Made by a program: the position numbers and the translations under genes
Shown here: piece by piece, positions 28,808 to 39,499 of the stretch
Layout of the letters: each line of letters opens with the position of its first letter
How positions within the stretch are numbered: position 1 is the first letter of the stretch
From: Candidatus Brocadiia bacterium
GTDB lineage: Bacteria; Planctomycetota; Brocadiia; SM23-32
Length of the DNA: 64,000 bases
Assembly (NCBI GenBank): GCA_046538485.1
Contig: JBKHIT010000018.1
Coordinates: 1 to 64,000 of the forward strand
Direction of reading: 5' to 3'
Notes under the pieces: model-generated
Told to the model about the DNA's origin: nothing
The model's input: the letters and a program-made list of their open reading frames with translations, nothing else
Databases searched by the model: none

Positions 28808-29526
28808 AACGATCATTAGTGATGGGTTGCCTGATAGGGGTGGTCCTGACCGGTTGCTACAGTCCTCCCTTCGAACAAACCGAACTCGTCTCGGTCGAAA
28901 ATGTAAGCCCGGAAACAGTTTCGTGGAACTTCCAACAGCAGATTGCTCCCGCGTTCGAGAGCGAGGAGAGGTTGGTTTTCCGCGTTTTCTTGGGCTGGAA
29001 GAAAATCGCCGTCCTCGGCCTCACTCGGCTCGACCGCGAGGACCGGACACTTGAAGCCCTTTGCCTCAACCATCTGGGAGTCTCTCTTTTCCATATCAAG
29101 GGGACTCCGGATGAAACGAAACTCCGCTATGGCCTCCCTGAATTCAAAAAACACAAAAAATTCCCTCTGGCGGTCGGAACCGATATCCGCCGCATCTGTT
29201 TCGATCTTGTCCCGGCAGAAAACGCCAAAGTCATAGCAAAGCCCAAGCGCATAATCTTCCGCCAAAAACAAGACGGAGGTATTTTGGAATATGTTTTCGG
29301 GGGGCCGAACGTGTTATTGCTGGAGAAACGCTTCTTCAATAAGTGCTTCTTTGGCAGGAAGTTGCGTTGGAAAGTTCAATATTTCGAGTACCAGGAAAAA
29401 GACGATTACGTTTATCCGCGAGGCATTGTCCTTTACAATCGGAAGAATCATTACAGGTTGATCGCCCAAAGACGTAAAATCATCTTTGATACGGAACGAG
29501 CGCAGAATCGGGAAGCGCAGCCGTGA
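28804..29526 (+). CDS. Lipoprotein (DUF3261-like, typical of lipid/aryl-polyene clusters)
   Basis: Lipobox VLTG-C, AAGGAG SD, cluster context; the family assignment is inference. Confidence 0.6.
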   Translation: MKRSLVMGCLIGVVLTGCYSPPFEQTELVSVENVSPETVSWNFQQQIAPAFESEERLVFRVFLGWKKIAVLGLTRLDREDRTLEALCLNHLGVSLFHIKGTPDETKLRYGLPEFKKHKKFPLAVGTDIRRICFDLVPAENAKVIAKPKRIIFRQKQDGGILEYVFGGPNVLLLEKRFFNKCFFGRKLRWKVQYFEYQEKDDYVYPRGIVLYNRKNHYRLIAQRRKIIFDTERAQNREAQP

Positions 29527-29909
29527 ATTTGATGCGAGAACAATTGAGAGATGCACTCCTCGTCAGTTCGTCCGGGGACAATGAGTTTACGGCTGAATTA
29601 AAGCTCAGCCCCGATTTTGTGGGGTTCAAAGGCCATTTCCCCGGCACTCCTGTGTTACCCGGTATCTGTATTATCGCTGCCGTGATTGTCTCTGCCGAAT
29701 CGGTGCTGGGGAAAGACCTGAAAATGAAGTACCTGAACGCAGCGAAATTTTTCTCCCCCGTCGAACCCGGGGATCGGATGGTAATTACCGGGACTCTAAA
29801 GACGGAATCGGCACCCTACTCGGTCCGCGCACAAATCACTCGCGATCAGGAGAGAATCGCAAAGGTTTCCCTCCAGGTCGATCCTGTAACATCAGACGCT
29901 CAGGACTGA
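29523..29909 (+). CDS. FabZ-like 3-hydroxyacyl-ACP dehydratase
   Basis: FKGHFPGTPVLPG and AKFFSPVEPGD motifs. Confidence 0.85.
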   Translation: MNLMREQLRDALLVSSSGDNEFTAELKLSPDFVGFKGHFPGTPVLPGICIIAAVIVSAESVLGKDLKMKYLNAAKFFSPVEPGDRMVITGTLKTESAPYSVRAQITRDQERIAKVSLQVDPVTSDAQD

Positions 29910-29912
29910 GAT

Positions 29913-30404
29913 ATGGGACCAATGCCCCGTCGAAAGAAAAACGGTTATTTCGAACGCTTTCCGGACGATCCGGCACCCGTCAGTGTCGATGTGAAACGGA
30001 GGGTCTCTTTCAGTGAGGTCGACCCCCTGGGTATCCTCTGGCATGGACGTTATTCCACTTACTTCGAGCAGGCCAACGAAGAGCTCGGCCGACGCTGTCA
30101 GATGAGCTATGTTCATTTCAAAGAGGCCGGGCTCCGAGCCCCGGTTGTCCAGTTCCATCTGGATTACTTTGCGCCTCTTGAACTCGCAGAGGAAGCCCGA
30201 ATCGTTGGCCGTATGATCTGGAATGAAGGGGCGCGAATGAATATTGAATACGAATTATATAAAGAAAACGGAACTCTCGCTGCTACCGGTTACACGGTCC
30301 AGATGTTTGTCACAGCGTCGGGCGAAACCCTCGTCGGTTCTCCCCCGCTCCTTGAACGCTGTCGGGAACGTTGGACCAGCGGCGAATTCTCGGAGATGCA
30401 ATGA
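29913..30404 (+). CDS. Acyl-CoA/ACP thioesterase (4HBT family)
   Basis: VSFSEVDPLGILWHGRYSTYFE motif. Confidence 0.88.
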   Translation: MGPMPRRKKNGYFERFPDDPAPVSVDVKRRVSFSEVDPLGILWHGRYSTYFEQANEELGRRCQMSYVHFKEAGLRAPVVQFHLDYFAPLELAEEARIVGRMIWNEGARMNIEYELYKENGTLAATGYTVQMFVTASGETLVGSPPLLERCRERWTSGEFSEMQ

Positions 30405-31528
30405 ACCCCCTCATCGTTGCTTGCAGTGCGAACACTCCCTACGGACCCGGTCTCCGGAAATGCTGGGAAGGTCTGATGGCGGGCCGATCCGGCATTCGGT
30501 CTGTGGAACGATTTGGTGAAGGCCAATTTATATCCGATTATGCGGCTCTCGTGCCCGATATCCCGATGAAGACGGGAAACCGGTTGATGGAACTTCTGGG
30601 ACCGGTCCTAGAAAATTTGCCGAATTCCTTGCCACCGGAAATTCCCTTGTTTCTCGCTACCACCACCGGCCAGATCGATCTACTTGAACAGAGCGTGGAA
30701 AAAGGCTCGGGGCAAATCGAGTCAAGCTCGCCTCTCCGGTTGCTCGGTGAATTGCGGCAACTGACCGGCATACGCGGGCCCGCGAGAGTCGTCTCCTGCG
30801 CGTGCGCGTCCTCCACGGCCGCCGTCGCTCGCGCCGCAAGTGAAGTGCAGGCCGGACACGCCGAAACCGCCCTTGTCGTCGGTTGCGACGCCGTCAGCGA
30901 ATTCGTCTACGCCGGTTTCTCAACCCTAATGGCTATGTCACCTCAACCGGCCCGCCCCTTCGACCGCGACCGCGACGGGCTGACGGTCGGTGAAGCGGCC
31001 GCCGCAACCTTCGTTATGAACCCGTCGCAAGCGGGCGCCGGAAAGTATCAGCCGCTGGCTGAGGTTCTGGGCTGGGGATACACCAATGATGCCAATCACA
31101 TGACCGGCCCGTCGCGTGACGGTAAAGGGTTGAAAAGGGCCATCGAAATCGCACTCGATATGGCCGCCTGCGCCCCCGAGGACATCGCATTCGTTAATGC
31201 CCACGGAACGGGCACTGTTTACAACGATGCCATGGAAATGAAAGCTCTCAGACAGGTTTTCGGCGACAATCCCAAGCCGGCATACTCGATCAAAGGCGGG
31301 ACCGGCCACACAATGGGAGCCGCGGGTCTGTTGGAAATCCTGTTGACCGCTGAGTCTTTGAAAGAAGCAATCATCCCCCCTACCGTCGGGATGGACGAAC
31401 CGGACGAGCAAGCTCAAGGGTGGGTAAAAACAGAACCCGTTTCAGTTCCCGCAAATCGTCCGGCCCTCAGCGTTAATTCCGGTTTCGGCGGTGTTAACGT
31501 GGCCGTGGTTCTCCAGAAAACGCCCTGA
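30401..31528 (+). CDS. Beta-ketoacyl-ACP synthase (active KS)
   Basis: ACASS, NAHGTGT and GHTMGAAG give a Cys-His-His triad. Confidence 0.93.
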   Translation: MNPLIVACSANTPYGPGLRKCWEGLMAGRSGIRSVERFGEGQFISDYAALVPDIPMKTGNRLMELLGPVLENLPNSLPPEIPLFLATTTGQIDLLEQSVEKGSGQIESSSPLRLLGELRQLTGIRGPARVVSCACASSTAAVARAASEVQAGHAETALVVGCDAVSEFVYAGFSTLMAMSPQPARPFDRDRDGLTVGEAAAATFVMNPSQAGAGKYQPLAEVLGWGYTNDANHMTGPSRDGKGLKRAIEIALDMAACAPEDIAFVNAHGTGTVYNDAMEMKALRQVFGDNPKPAYSIKGGTGHTMGAAGLLEILLTAESLKEAIIPPTVGMDEPDEQAQGWVKTEPVSVPANRPALSVNSGFGGVNVAVVLQKTP

Positions 31529-31583
31529 AAAACTTTATCCGATCCTGCGGAATCCACTCAAGAACAGAAAAACAAATACGGAC

Positions 31584-32288
31584 ATGACAAAACCAGATTC
31601 CAGTGTGCCTGCGATGATATCCGCGGGATGGGTGCGGCCCCGGAGTGGAGGCCATTGGACCGGAGACGCATGCGACGAAGCACCGGTCGCAGACGTGAAC
31701 GAGCTTTTTACAAAAGAAATTCTCAATCATACAAATGTAAAAAATCACGGTCGATTTCCGGATGGCACACGAGCGGTCTGTTCGGCCTGCGCTCTGGCAT
31801 TGAAAGGCGCCGGACTCTGGCCAGGAGACCAAAAGAGACCAAACACCGGTCTTCTGATCGCCGGATACGATCACACATTGATGCAGAACTGCTCTTTTTT
31901 TCAGGACTACATTGATAACGATAGGATAATAGCCCGTGGACAGCTATTCATCTACACCCTCCCGACAAGCGCGGTTGCTGAAGCGGCCATCCTGCTCAAA
32001 GCAGAAGGTCCTCTGCTCTTCGAAGAATCCGGAAAAGCACCTTTCGCGAATTTGTTGAACGTGGGGGAGGGCCTTATCAACTCCGGGCAGGCCGAACGGA
32101 TGATGCTTGTCTGGCAGAATACCGAAACGACTCTCTGCGGTCTGCTCGATGGCACATCGGCCGGGGCCAGCGGGAATTCGAATCAACATCTGATAACAAT
32201 TGCCCAGAAATGGAATAACCCCGTCGACGGAATTGACTTTTTTCGCGACCAAACATCGGGCAGAAACGAAAAAGAAAGAACGACATGA
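31584..32288 (+). CDS. Ketosynthase-like chain-length factor (no catalytic triad)
   Basis: KS N-terminal-like FIYTLPTS segment; follows a KS; catalytic motifs absent. Confidence 0.7.
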   Translation: MTKPDSSVPAMISAGWVRPRSGGHWTGDACDEAPVADVNELFTKEILNHTNVKNHGRFPDGTRAVCSACALALKGAGLWPGDQKRPNTGLLIAGYDHTLMQNCSFFQDYIDNDRIIARGQLFIYTLPTSAVAEAAILLKAEGPLLFEESGKAPFANLLNVGEGLINSGQAERMMLVWQNTETTLCGLLDGTSAGASGNSNQHLITIAQKWNNPVDGIDFFRDQTSGRNEKERTT

Positions 32289-33535
32289 TGAAGGTTAAAC
32301 TGATTTACCCAAGGTGGCCAAAACTCAGAAACCAACCGGAGTTTGACCTCCCACCTCACGCCCCTGTTGTGGTTGCAGCGGCCTTTCCAGACGACGTTGA
32401 AATATCTTTCTGCGATGAAAACGTCTCCGAATTGAACTTCCAGGAAGACGCCGACCTGATCGCCATTTCCTGCCTGCTGACCTGTCAGATGCCCCGGGCC
32501 TGGGAGATTGGTGACCGCTACCGGGAATTGGGCAAACCCGTGATTTTCGGTGGGATCGGCACAATGCTCCACGCCGATGAGACCCAACAGCACGCCGACA
32601 GCGTTTTTATCGGCGAAGCCGAGGGGCGAATAGAAGAAGTAATCAGAGATGCCAAACACGATGAGCTAAAACCGCGTTACGACTATTTCCACGATTGGCC
32701 CGACCTCGAAACCGTCGGTCCGGCACGACGCGATATTTTGGAAAAGGAAAAATACAGCTTCCGAAACGTTCAAATGGTCGACCTTGTCCACGCGTCCCGA
32801 GGATGCCGGTTCAACTGTTTCCCCTGCTGCACCCCGTATCTGGGCGGTCGCCAGTTCCGCCCTCGTCCCATGGATAAAGTCGTCGAAGAAGTCGCCGGGA
32901 TCGAGAACAACCGTCTGTTTTTTGTCGACAATTCGATGGCCCAGGATGACGAGTGGGAGAAAGAACTTTTCCGGGCTATCGCCCCGCTGAAAAAAAAGTG
33001 GATCTCCCATCCAATCAAAGATGATCCGGAAATCATGGATCTGGCCGCCGAAGCCGGTTGCTGGTACGTCTATCAAGCCATTATCAACACCTCTGAGGTC
33101 ATCGCTAACCGCATTCGGCGTCTCAAGGAACGCGGGATCGGCGTCGAAGGAACCGTCATCCTTGGCACAGACGATCAGGATGTGGATTCCATAAAACGTC
33201 TCGTAGACTTTCTGCTTGAGCTGGAACTCGACCTGGCAGAATTTACCATACTTACACCTTTCCCCGAGACCCCAATCCGGCGCGAATATGAGGAGCAAAA
33301 TCGCATACTCAGTAACGATTGGATCAAATATACCTGCGACGAAACGGTTTTCCAGCCCGCCCAATTGACCATCGATGAACTCTACGAAATGTATGAATAC
33401 GCCTGGGATCAATTTTACTCCGACTGCAGCATCGAACTGAAAATGGCCAAACTTTACGTCGATGTGATCAGCAAGGAAAAAGCCGACGGCACTTATAAAG
33501 GAACCAAAGACTCCGGGCCAAAATGGGGGCGCTAA
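32285..33535 (+). CDS. B12-binding radical SAM protein
   Basis: N-terminal cobalamin-binding-like domain (FGG, IGEAE); SRGCRFNCFPC. Confidence 0.9.
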   Translation: MMKVKLIYPRWPKLRNQPEFDLPPHAPVVVAAAFPDDVEISFCDENVSELNFQEDADLIAISCLLTCQMPRAWEIGDRYRELGKPVIFGGIGTMLHADETQQHADSVFIGEAEGRIEEVIRDAKHDELKPRYDYFHDWPDLETVGPARRDILEKEKYSFRNVQMVDLVHASRGCRFNCFPCCTPYLGGRQFRPRPMDKVVEEVAGIENNRLFFVDNSMAQDDEWEKELFRAIAPLKKKWISHPIKDDPEIMDLAAEAGCWYVYQAIINTSEVIANRIRRLKERGIGVEGTVILGTDDQDVDSIKRLVDFLLELELDLAEFTILTPFPETPIRREYEEQNRILSNDWIKYTCDETVFQPAQLTIDELYEMYEYAWDQFYSDCSIELKMAKLYVDVISKEKADGTYKGTKDSGPKWGR

Positions 33536-33540
33536 AAAGA

Positions 33541-34887
33541 ATGAAAATTCTGCTGATATCTGCCAATACCGCAAAGATGCCCTACCCGGTTTATCCCCTC
33601 GGGTTGAGTATCGTCGCCGCCGCAGCCCGGGAAGCCGGTCACCAGGTGCAATATTTCGATTTTCTCCAGAGTGATATGTCGTTCAGCGCGCTGGAAAAAA
33701 CTATCGAAAAAGAATCGCCAGACGTGATCGGAATCTCAATACGTAACATCGATAATGTCAATATCCTGCGCGAAGAATGCTACCTCGAAAAGGTACGGCG
33801 TATCGTCGAATTGCTGCGGGAAATATCAAACGCCAAAATTGTGCTCGGTGGCTCGGCTTTTTCCATTATGCCGGAACCAATACTCAAAACCGTTGGCGGA
33901 GACTACGGAATCTGCGGAGAAGGCGAACAGGTCTTCGTCCGGTTCCTCAATGAAGCCGAAAAAGGGAATTACCCGCCGACCGGCACTATCCTGTCAGGCG
34001 ACGACTACCTCGGGGGTGATGCCATGCCTTCCCCTTACTACGAAAAGGACCTGCTGGCAAGATACCTGGAAAGCGGCAGCGTAACTCCTGTCCAGACCAA
34101 ACGCGGCTGCCCCCATAACTGCCTCTATTGCTCCTACCCGGCGCTGGAAGGACACAAGCTGCGCCCACGCGATCCCGTCCAGGTCGTCGACGATATCGAA
34201 GCCCTGCAGAACGAACATGAAGTGAGTTATGTTTTTTTTACGGATTCCGTCTTCAATGACAGCAAAGGCCTCTTCCTGGAAGTTGTGCGGGAGATGAAAA
34301 AAAGAGGGATCAGAATCCCCTGGTCCGCATTCTTCAACCCTGCAAACATCACACCGGAAAACGTGGCGGAGATGAAAGAAACGGGACTGCGTGCCGCGGA
34401 GGTGGGTTCCGATGCCGCCTGTGACGAAACACTCAAAGGCCAGCGCAAACCTTTCACCTGGGCGGATGTGATCAGAGCAAACGACATCTTTCGAGACGGC
34501 GGCGTTTCAACGGCACACTATTTCATGTTCGGGGGACCCGGCGAAACCCGCGAAACTGTCAAAAAAGGAATCGAAAACATAAAAAACCTCGATTGTTCCG
34601 CCGTTTTCGTGTTCCTGGGCATACGCATCTTGCCGCGCACCGAATTGAAGGAAGTCGCAATTCGCGAAAGCCTCGTCTCTGCCGACAATGAGCTGCTGGA
34701 ACCGGTTTACTACTTTTCGCCGGCACTGGATCGGGACTGGCTCGAGAAAACGCTCAACGAAGCTTTCGAGCCGCTTCGATACGTCGTGTACCCTCCCAAC
34801 GCAATGGATGACAAACTCCAGATGCTCCACAAACTCGGCCATACCGGCGCGCTCTGGGACCTGCTGTCCGCATTGCCAGAAAATTAA
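33541..34887 (+). CDS. Lipid-biosynthesis B12-binding radical SAM protein
   Basis: PYPVYPLGL, ISIRNIDN, TKRGCPHNCLYCSYP and FGGPGET motifs. Confidence 0.88.
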   Translation: MKILLISANTAKMPYPVYPLGLSIVAAAAREAGHQVQYFDFLQSDMSFSALEKTIEKESPDVIGISIRNIDNVNILREECYLEKVRRIVELLREISNAKIVLGGSAFSIMPEPILKTVGGDYGICGEGEQVFVRFLNEAEKGNYPPTGTILSGDDYLGGDAMPSPYYEKDLLARYLESGSVTPVQTKRGCPHNCLYCSYPALEGHKLRPRDPVQVVDDIEALQNEHEVSYVFFTDSVFNDSKGLFLEVVREMKKRGIRIPWSAFFNPANITPENVAEMKETGLRAAEVGSDAACDETLKGQRKPFTWADVIRANDIFRDGGVSTAHYFMFGGPGETRETVKKGIENIKNLDCSAVFVFLGIRILPRTELKEVAIRESLVSADNELLEPVYYFSPALDRDWLEKTLNEAFEPLRYVVYPPNAMDDKLQMLHKLGHTGALWDLLSALPEN

Positions 34888-35004
34888 CCGTCTCCCGTTG
34901 ATAGCAACGGTCAGCGTGATTATACTTAATGGTCGATTTCCTTTGATAAAACTCGAATGGTGAGCGCAACATCGGAAGCTGTTCTCGGAAAAAGGATTCC
35001 AATT

Positions 35005-35292
35005 TTGGGCAAAGATATCGACGAACTCAAAAAAGAACTGAAAAGACTCCTGATCCAGGATCTGTCACTTGAAGATATTGAACCGGAAGATATCGAAGAT
35101 GATACCCCGCTGTTCGGAGATGAAGGAGTAGGGCTCGATTCACTCGATGGCGTGGAACTGGTCGTCATGCTTCAAAGAAATTACGGTCTGGAAGTCAAAG
35201 AAATGCAAAAGGGTATGGAAATTTTCCAGACCATCAATACACTCGCCGACTACGTAATGGAAAATGCCGAGAAATATCCATCAAATTCCTGA
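35005..35292 (+). CDS. Acyl carrier protein
   Basis: PLFGDEGVGLDSLDGVEL; probable TTG start after AAAGGA. Confidence 0.9.
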   Translation: MGKDIDELKKELKRLLIQDLSLEDIEPEDIEDDTPLFGDEGVGLDSLDGVELVVMLQRNYGLEVKEMQKGMEIFQTINTLADYVMENAEKYPSNS

Positions 35293-35486
35293 CCCGAACT
35301 GGCCTGACGTTCGCTTTCCGATTCCCGCCACGCTTATCCCCCGGCACGAGCAGATTTCGATCTCAAGAACTGACAAAGATAGATAGCTGTGCGGAGTTCC
35401 GAAAAACAGAGCGGTTTTGAATTTTCCGCTCCGTCCTTTTAATTGCCATGCGGTTTCCCCAATAGTGGGATTAGAGCCAGCTCCTG

Positions 35487-36668
35487 ATGCTACCTCCCAT
35501 TTATATCACCGGTATAGGGCTTATATCCGCCGCCGGCGGCGATGTGTCGCAGACGTTGTCCTCCTTCAGGAACGGTGCCCCGGCTGCCGAACCGAAACCT
35601 TTCTCCGAAACAACCCTCGATTGCCCCGCTTTCCCGGCGGCCCAAAAGCCCCGATCCTCGCTCTGCCAGACCGATTGCCCGTCCCGAACCGTCGTCCTCG
35701 CCCTCCACGCCGTCGAAGAGGCACTCGAACGCGCCGGTCGACCCGACCGCGAAACAACCCTGCGAATCGGGGTCTGTATGGGCACAACCGTCGCCTGCCA
35801 GTTGAACAATCTCCGGTTCTACAAACAGTTTCGACAGACCTCCAGACCGTCCCTCGAACCGGTCCGTGATTTTCTCAATGGCAACCTCGCTCAATTTGTG
35901 GCCGCTTCACTCGATGCCCATGGCCCACGGGCAACCGTCGTAAACGCCTGCTCATCGGGCGCCGATGCCATAGGAATGGCTGTTCACTGGTTACAAAATG
36001 ACCTCTGTGATATCGCGGTGGCCGGTGGAGCCGACGAACTGAATCGAATCCCCATCTGCGGTTTCCACTCGCTCGGAATTATGAGCGACAATCCCTGCAA
36101 ACCCTTCGACAGAAACCGCGAGGGACTGAACCTCGGCGAAGGTGCCGGCGCGCTCGTGCTCGAAAGCGAAACCTCCGCGCGGAAACGCGGTCGAGAGCAA
36201 GAACTGTTCCTGAAATCATACGCGGCCGGATGCGATGCCCACCATATCACTGCCCCGCACCCGGAAGGCGTGGGTCTGAAACTCGCGCTGGAATACGCCC
36301 TGAAATCGGCAGAGATCAAGCCGGACGATATCGCCTTTGTCAACGCTCACGGCACTGCCACCCCTGATAACGACCAGGTCGAGGGAAACGTGCTCGCCGA
36401 ATTTTTCGGCGAAGACCTCGTTTTCCTGTCCACAAAAGGATACACCGGCCATACGCTGGGCGCGGCGGGCGCGCTCGAAGCCGGTTTCACCGCCCTCGCC
36501 CTGCAAGTGGGCTGGCTCCCGGCTAATCGGGGCTTCCAAAACGCCGATCCCGATATCCCGATCTCCCCCCTCGTCGAGAAGACTCCGATCGTGGGCCGGG
36601 CCGCCGTTTCAACATCCCTCGCCTTCGGAGGCAACAACGCAGCCATCGTCATCGGGAGGGGAACATGA
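35487..36668 (+). CDS. Beta-ketoacyl-ACP synthase (active KS)
   Basis: NACSSG, NAHGTAT and GHTLGAAG motifs. Confidence 0.93.
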   Translation: MLPPIYITGIGLISAAGGDVSQTLSSFRNGAPAAEPKPFSETTLDCPAFPAAQKPRSSLCQTDCPSRTVVLALHAVEEALERAGRPDRETTLRIGVCMGTTVACQLNNLRFYKQFRQTSRPSLEPVRDFLNGNLAQFVAASLDAHGPRATVVNACSSGADAIGMAVHWLQNDLCDIAVAGGADELNRIPICGFHSLGIMSDNPCKPFDRNREGLNLGEGAGALVLESETSARKRGREQELFLKSYAAGCDAHHITAPHPEGVGLKLALEYALKSAEIKPDDIAFVNAHGTATPDNDQVEGNVLAEFFGEDLVFLSTKGYTGHTLGAAGALEAGFTALALQVGWLPANRGFQNADPDIPISPLVEKTPIVGRAAVSTSLAFGGNNAAIVIGRGT

Positions 36669-37717
36669 TGGAGATCCAAGGATCAGGTGTAGTTTTCACC
36701 CACGGTCGCGGGACGGAAGATCTGGACAAGATTTTGCGGGAAAATTGGATCCCCCCGGAGCGGCAGGATGTTCCGGGTCGCGACGCGCCAATGCCCGCAT
36801 TCCGGGTGCCCAAAGAAACGCTCAAAGATAAAACCACCCTCAAGGGTATGCGCCGGGCGGATCGGCTCAGCCGGATGGCAACTCTCGCGGCCGCCGATGC
36901 CTGGCAAACGGCTTCGCTTGAAAACACCAATCCGGCGCGGGTGGGAATCATCCTCGCCACCGCCCTGGGGCCTCACGCCCGGACGTTTCAATTCCTCGAC
37001 AATATACTGGATTTCGGTGACGAGGCGGTCTCCCCAACAATTTTTTCGCATTCGGTGCACAACGCGGCGGCCTCGTATATCGCCACCACCCTCAATGTGC
37101 ACGGACCGGTCCTGACGGTCACGGATTTTGATTTTGCGTTCCAACAGGCGCTCGCTACCGCCCGGTGCTGGCTTGATCAGGACCGCTGTGATGCCGTGCT
37201 GGCCGGCACGGCCGAAGAACTCGGAGAAGTTATGCTCCACGTCTGCGGACGGATGGTCACAATGCCTGACAATGGAAGACCCAGACCGCTGGCTTTCGCC
37301 GAAAATCCCGTCATCGTCCCCGGGGAAGGAGCGGCTTTCTTCGTGCTCACCTCGGAAACCAGAGGTGAAGGAAGAGTTTCAGTAACGACCGCCAAATCCG
37401 AAAACGATGCGGACCTGACAATCCTCGATGCAGAGGGGCTTTCGGGATCGGAGATGGCTTATCGGGACCTCTTGCCAGAGACGGGCCAGGTGGCCAATTA
37501 TTGCCCCGTGTTCGGAAGTATGATGACCGGCACCGCCCTGCAATGCACCATCGCGGAACTATCACTGCGAGGCCAGATGCGATACGCGAGTCCCCTGACA
37601 AAGGGGAAAGACCAACGGGCAGTATGCCTGGAAACGGGTCCTGCAGAGTTAAAAACTATTCGATGCGCCAAAGTCGGACGAGATGAGACGGTTCAAACGA
37701 TTACGCTCCGCCGGTAA
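36665..37717 (+). CDS. Ketosynthase-like chain-length factor
   Basis: RRADRLSRM, SPTIFSHSVHNAA and PGEGAA motifs; catalytic Cys absent. Confidence 0.8.
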   Translation: MMEIQGSGVVFTHGRGTEDLDKILRENWIPPERQDVPGRDAPMPAFRVPKETLKDKTTLKGMRRADRLSRMATLAAADAWQTASLENTNPARVGIILATALGPHARTFQFLDNILDFGDEAVSPTIFSHSVHNAAASYIATTLNVHGPVLTVTDFDFAFQQALATARCWLDQDRCDAVLAGTAEELGEVMLHVCGRMVTMPDNGRPRPLAFAENPVIVPGEGAAFFVLTSETRGEGRVSVTTAKSENDADLTILDAEGLSGSEMAYRDLLPETGQVANYCPVFGSMMTGTALQCTIAELSLRGQMRYASPLTKGKDQRAVCLETGPAELKTIRCAKVGRDETVQTITLRR

Positions 37718-37740
37718 ATGCGGCGACATGGATTGGATGA

Positions 37741-38007
37741 GTGAAAATGGCAGAAACTGAAAACGTCGAAAAGATCGAAGAGATTCTTCTCCGGGAAATT
37801 GCTACAATACTCTCCATGGGGGAGGCGGAGATCACGCCCACAACACCACTGGCCTCGGTAGGCATGGATTCCATCCGGTTTGTCGAAGTCCTTCTTCTCA
37901 TCGAGCGAGAATTCGACGTGGAACTCATTAAATCTCAGTTGAGTCGCGACGACGTCAAAGACATCGCCTCACTCGCCCGCTCCATCCACGCCGCGAAACA
38001 ACAGTAA
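37741..38007 (+). CDS. Acyl/peptidyl carrier protein
   Basis: VGMDSIRFVE motif. Confidence 0.85.
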   Translation: MKMAETENVEKIEEILLREIATILSMGEAEITPTTPLASVGMDSIRFVEVLLLIEREFDVELIKSQLSRDDVKDIASLARSIHAAKQQ

Positions 38008-38220
38008 ACAGTCGGCATCGGATTGGGGGGCGATGCCTGGAAACGTTGATAGCCCCTCCCACGTAATCCGGCGCGATTCGTGCCCGCCGCACTCCAGAGC
38101 CGGCTCCGCCGGCGGGGTGCATACCTCGGCCGGTTTTGAGACCTCCCGCCGCAAAGAACATTTTCCCCAACCCGGAGATGTTGGTGCAATCGGCCTGGGT
38201 GCTGTCCCGCGCGCCAACGG

Positions 38221-38333
38221 CGCGCTGTGGAGTGCGGTGTGTTGCGACGCGGCTGTGCCGCGACGCACTCACCGCTGTGCCGTTTGTCTCGTCATGAAAC
38301 AACTCAAAAACATCGCTTGTCCCCCCGGTCCGA
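38221..38333 (+). repeat. 113-bp direct repeat, copy A (palindromic REP-like core)
   Basis: Aligns without gaps to 39500-39612 with 13 mismatches (hand count); core GCGGTG...CGCGGC-TGT-GCCGCG...CACCGC. Confidence 0.9.
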
Positions 38334-38386
38334 TGTTGTGGACAAGTTGAACAGATCATCGTCGCCTTGCCCGCCACTTACTTCCG

Positions 38387-39283
38387 CTAATCCAGCCACT
38401 TCGTGTCAAGAACAAGTGTATTGAAGCTGTTCGGATCGGGGTAATAAGCCGAACGGGGATAGTGGGCAGCGTTGCCCCCCACGAACATCATGTTCGCTCC
38501 ATCAAGATGGTGCAGCCCGACAGTATGAACAGGGTGGTACTTAGATGGGACGTTACTGGGCCAGGTTGCGGAACCACCGACCAGCGAACACGCCTCAATG
38601 TCGGTGTAATGGCGTGCTCCCCACGACATTGGTCCGCCACACTCAGAGCTTTCAGGAACACATCCCCATGTCTGACCATTCTCATTATGTGGATTCCCAC
38701 TGACGAGAAGCGCGTGTGTGGTCGCAAGATTCCTCATTCTCCTGGCACGCACAATACAACCGTCCGTGTAGCGGAGGTGGTTGCGCCAGGTGCCCCCCTG
38801 CGTGAGAGACGTGCTCGTGGCCGGCATTTTGTAATCCACACCGTATCCCCATCCCCACCACCAGCCTCCGCCTCTTGGCCTTGATTCCGGAGGTTTGAGC
38901 GCCGGACACTGAAGCAGCGGAACATTGGGCCTCACCTGCGTATACATAAACGACTGGCTACCGGGCTGGTACTCGGGACCGCTCTGCAGATAGGTGTAGA
39001 CGATCGGCCAGAAATTGATGGTGTTCGTAAATTCACTGTATCTTCCGTTGTGCTCGGGGGAATCCGGCCGACACCACTCGGAATCATTGGGAAGCATACC
39101 CTCGTGGTCATTCGCGAACATCTGGAACCCCAAACCGATCTCGCGCAACTGGGAAATACAGCTTATGGAACGAGCCGCTGCCCGCGCCCTCTCCAGTGCC
39201 GGCATCAACATTGCGGCCAGAATGGCTATGATTGCAATAACAACAAGAAGTTCTATTAAGGTAAATGCCTCTTTCTCTCTCAT
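38387..39283 (-). CDS. Prepilin-type N-terminal cleavage/methylation protein (DUF1559-like)
   Basis: [25 protein letters not shown]...C N-terminus; C-terminal [15 protein letters not shown] (degenerate H-X9-DG). Confidence 0.9.
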   Translation of the reverse strand: MREKEAFTLIELLVVIAIIAILAAMLMPALERARAAARSISCISQLREIGLGFQMFANDHEGMLPNDSEWCRPDSPEHNGRYSEFTNTINFWPIVYTYLQSGPEYQPGSQSFMYTQVRPNVPLLQCPALKPPESRPRGGGWWWGWGYGVDYKMPATSTSLTQGGTWRNHLRYTDGCIVRARRMRNLATTHALLVSGNPHNENGQTWGCVPESSECGGPMSWGARHYTDIEACSLVGGSATWPSNVPSKYHPVHTVGLHHLDGANMMFVGGNAAHYPRSAYYPDPNSFNTLVLDTKWLD

Positions 39284-39499
39284 CTCCCGCACCCTCCCTT
39301 TTTGATAAAACCCACAATCCAACGTCGAGATTAATATCCCCCCCAAAATTACAAAACTGTTATCCACCCACTTCGCTTTGTGCATTTTTATAGCAAAATT
39401 CATACTCAACACCTGTAACTTAGTGTACCCCCTGCACAAAGTTTTTCAACCCCCGTGAATGCTATTTTGCTGCCGCTAAAAATCTACCCAACGGATCGG

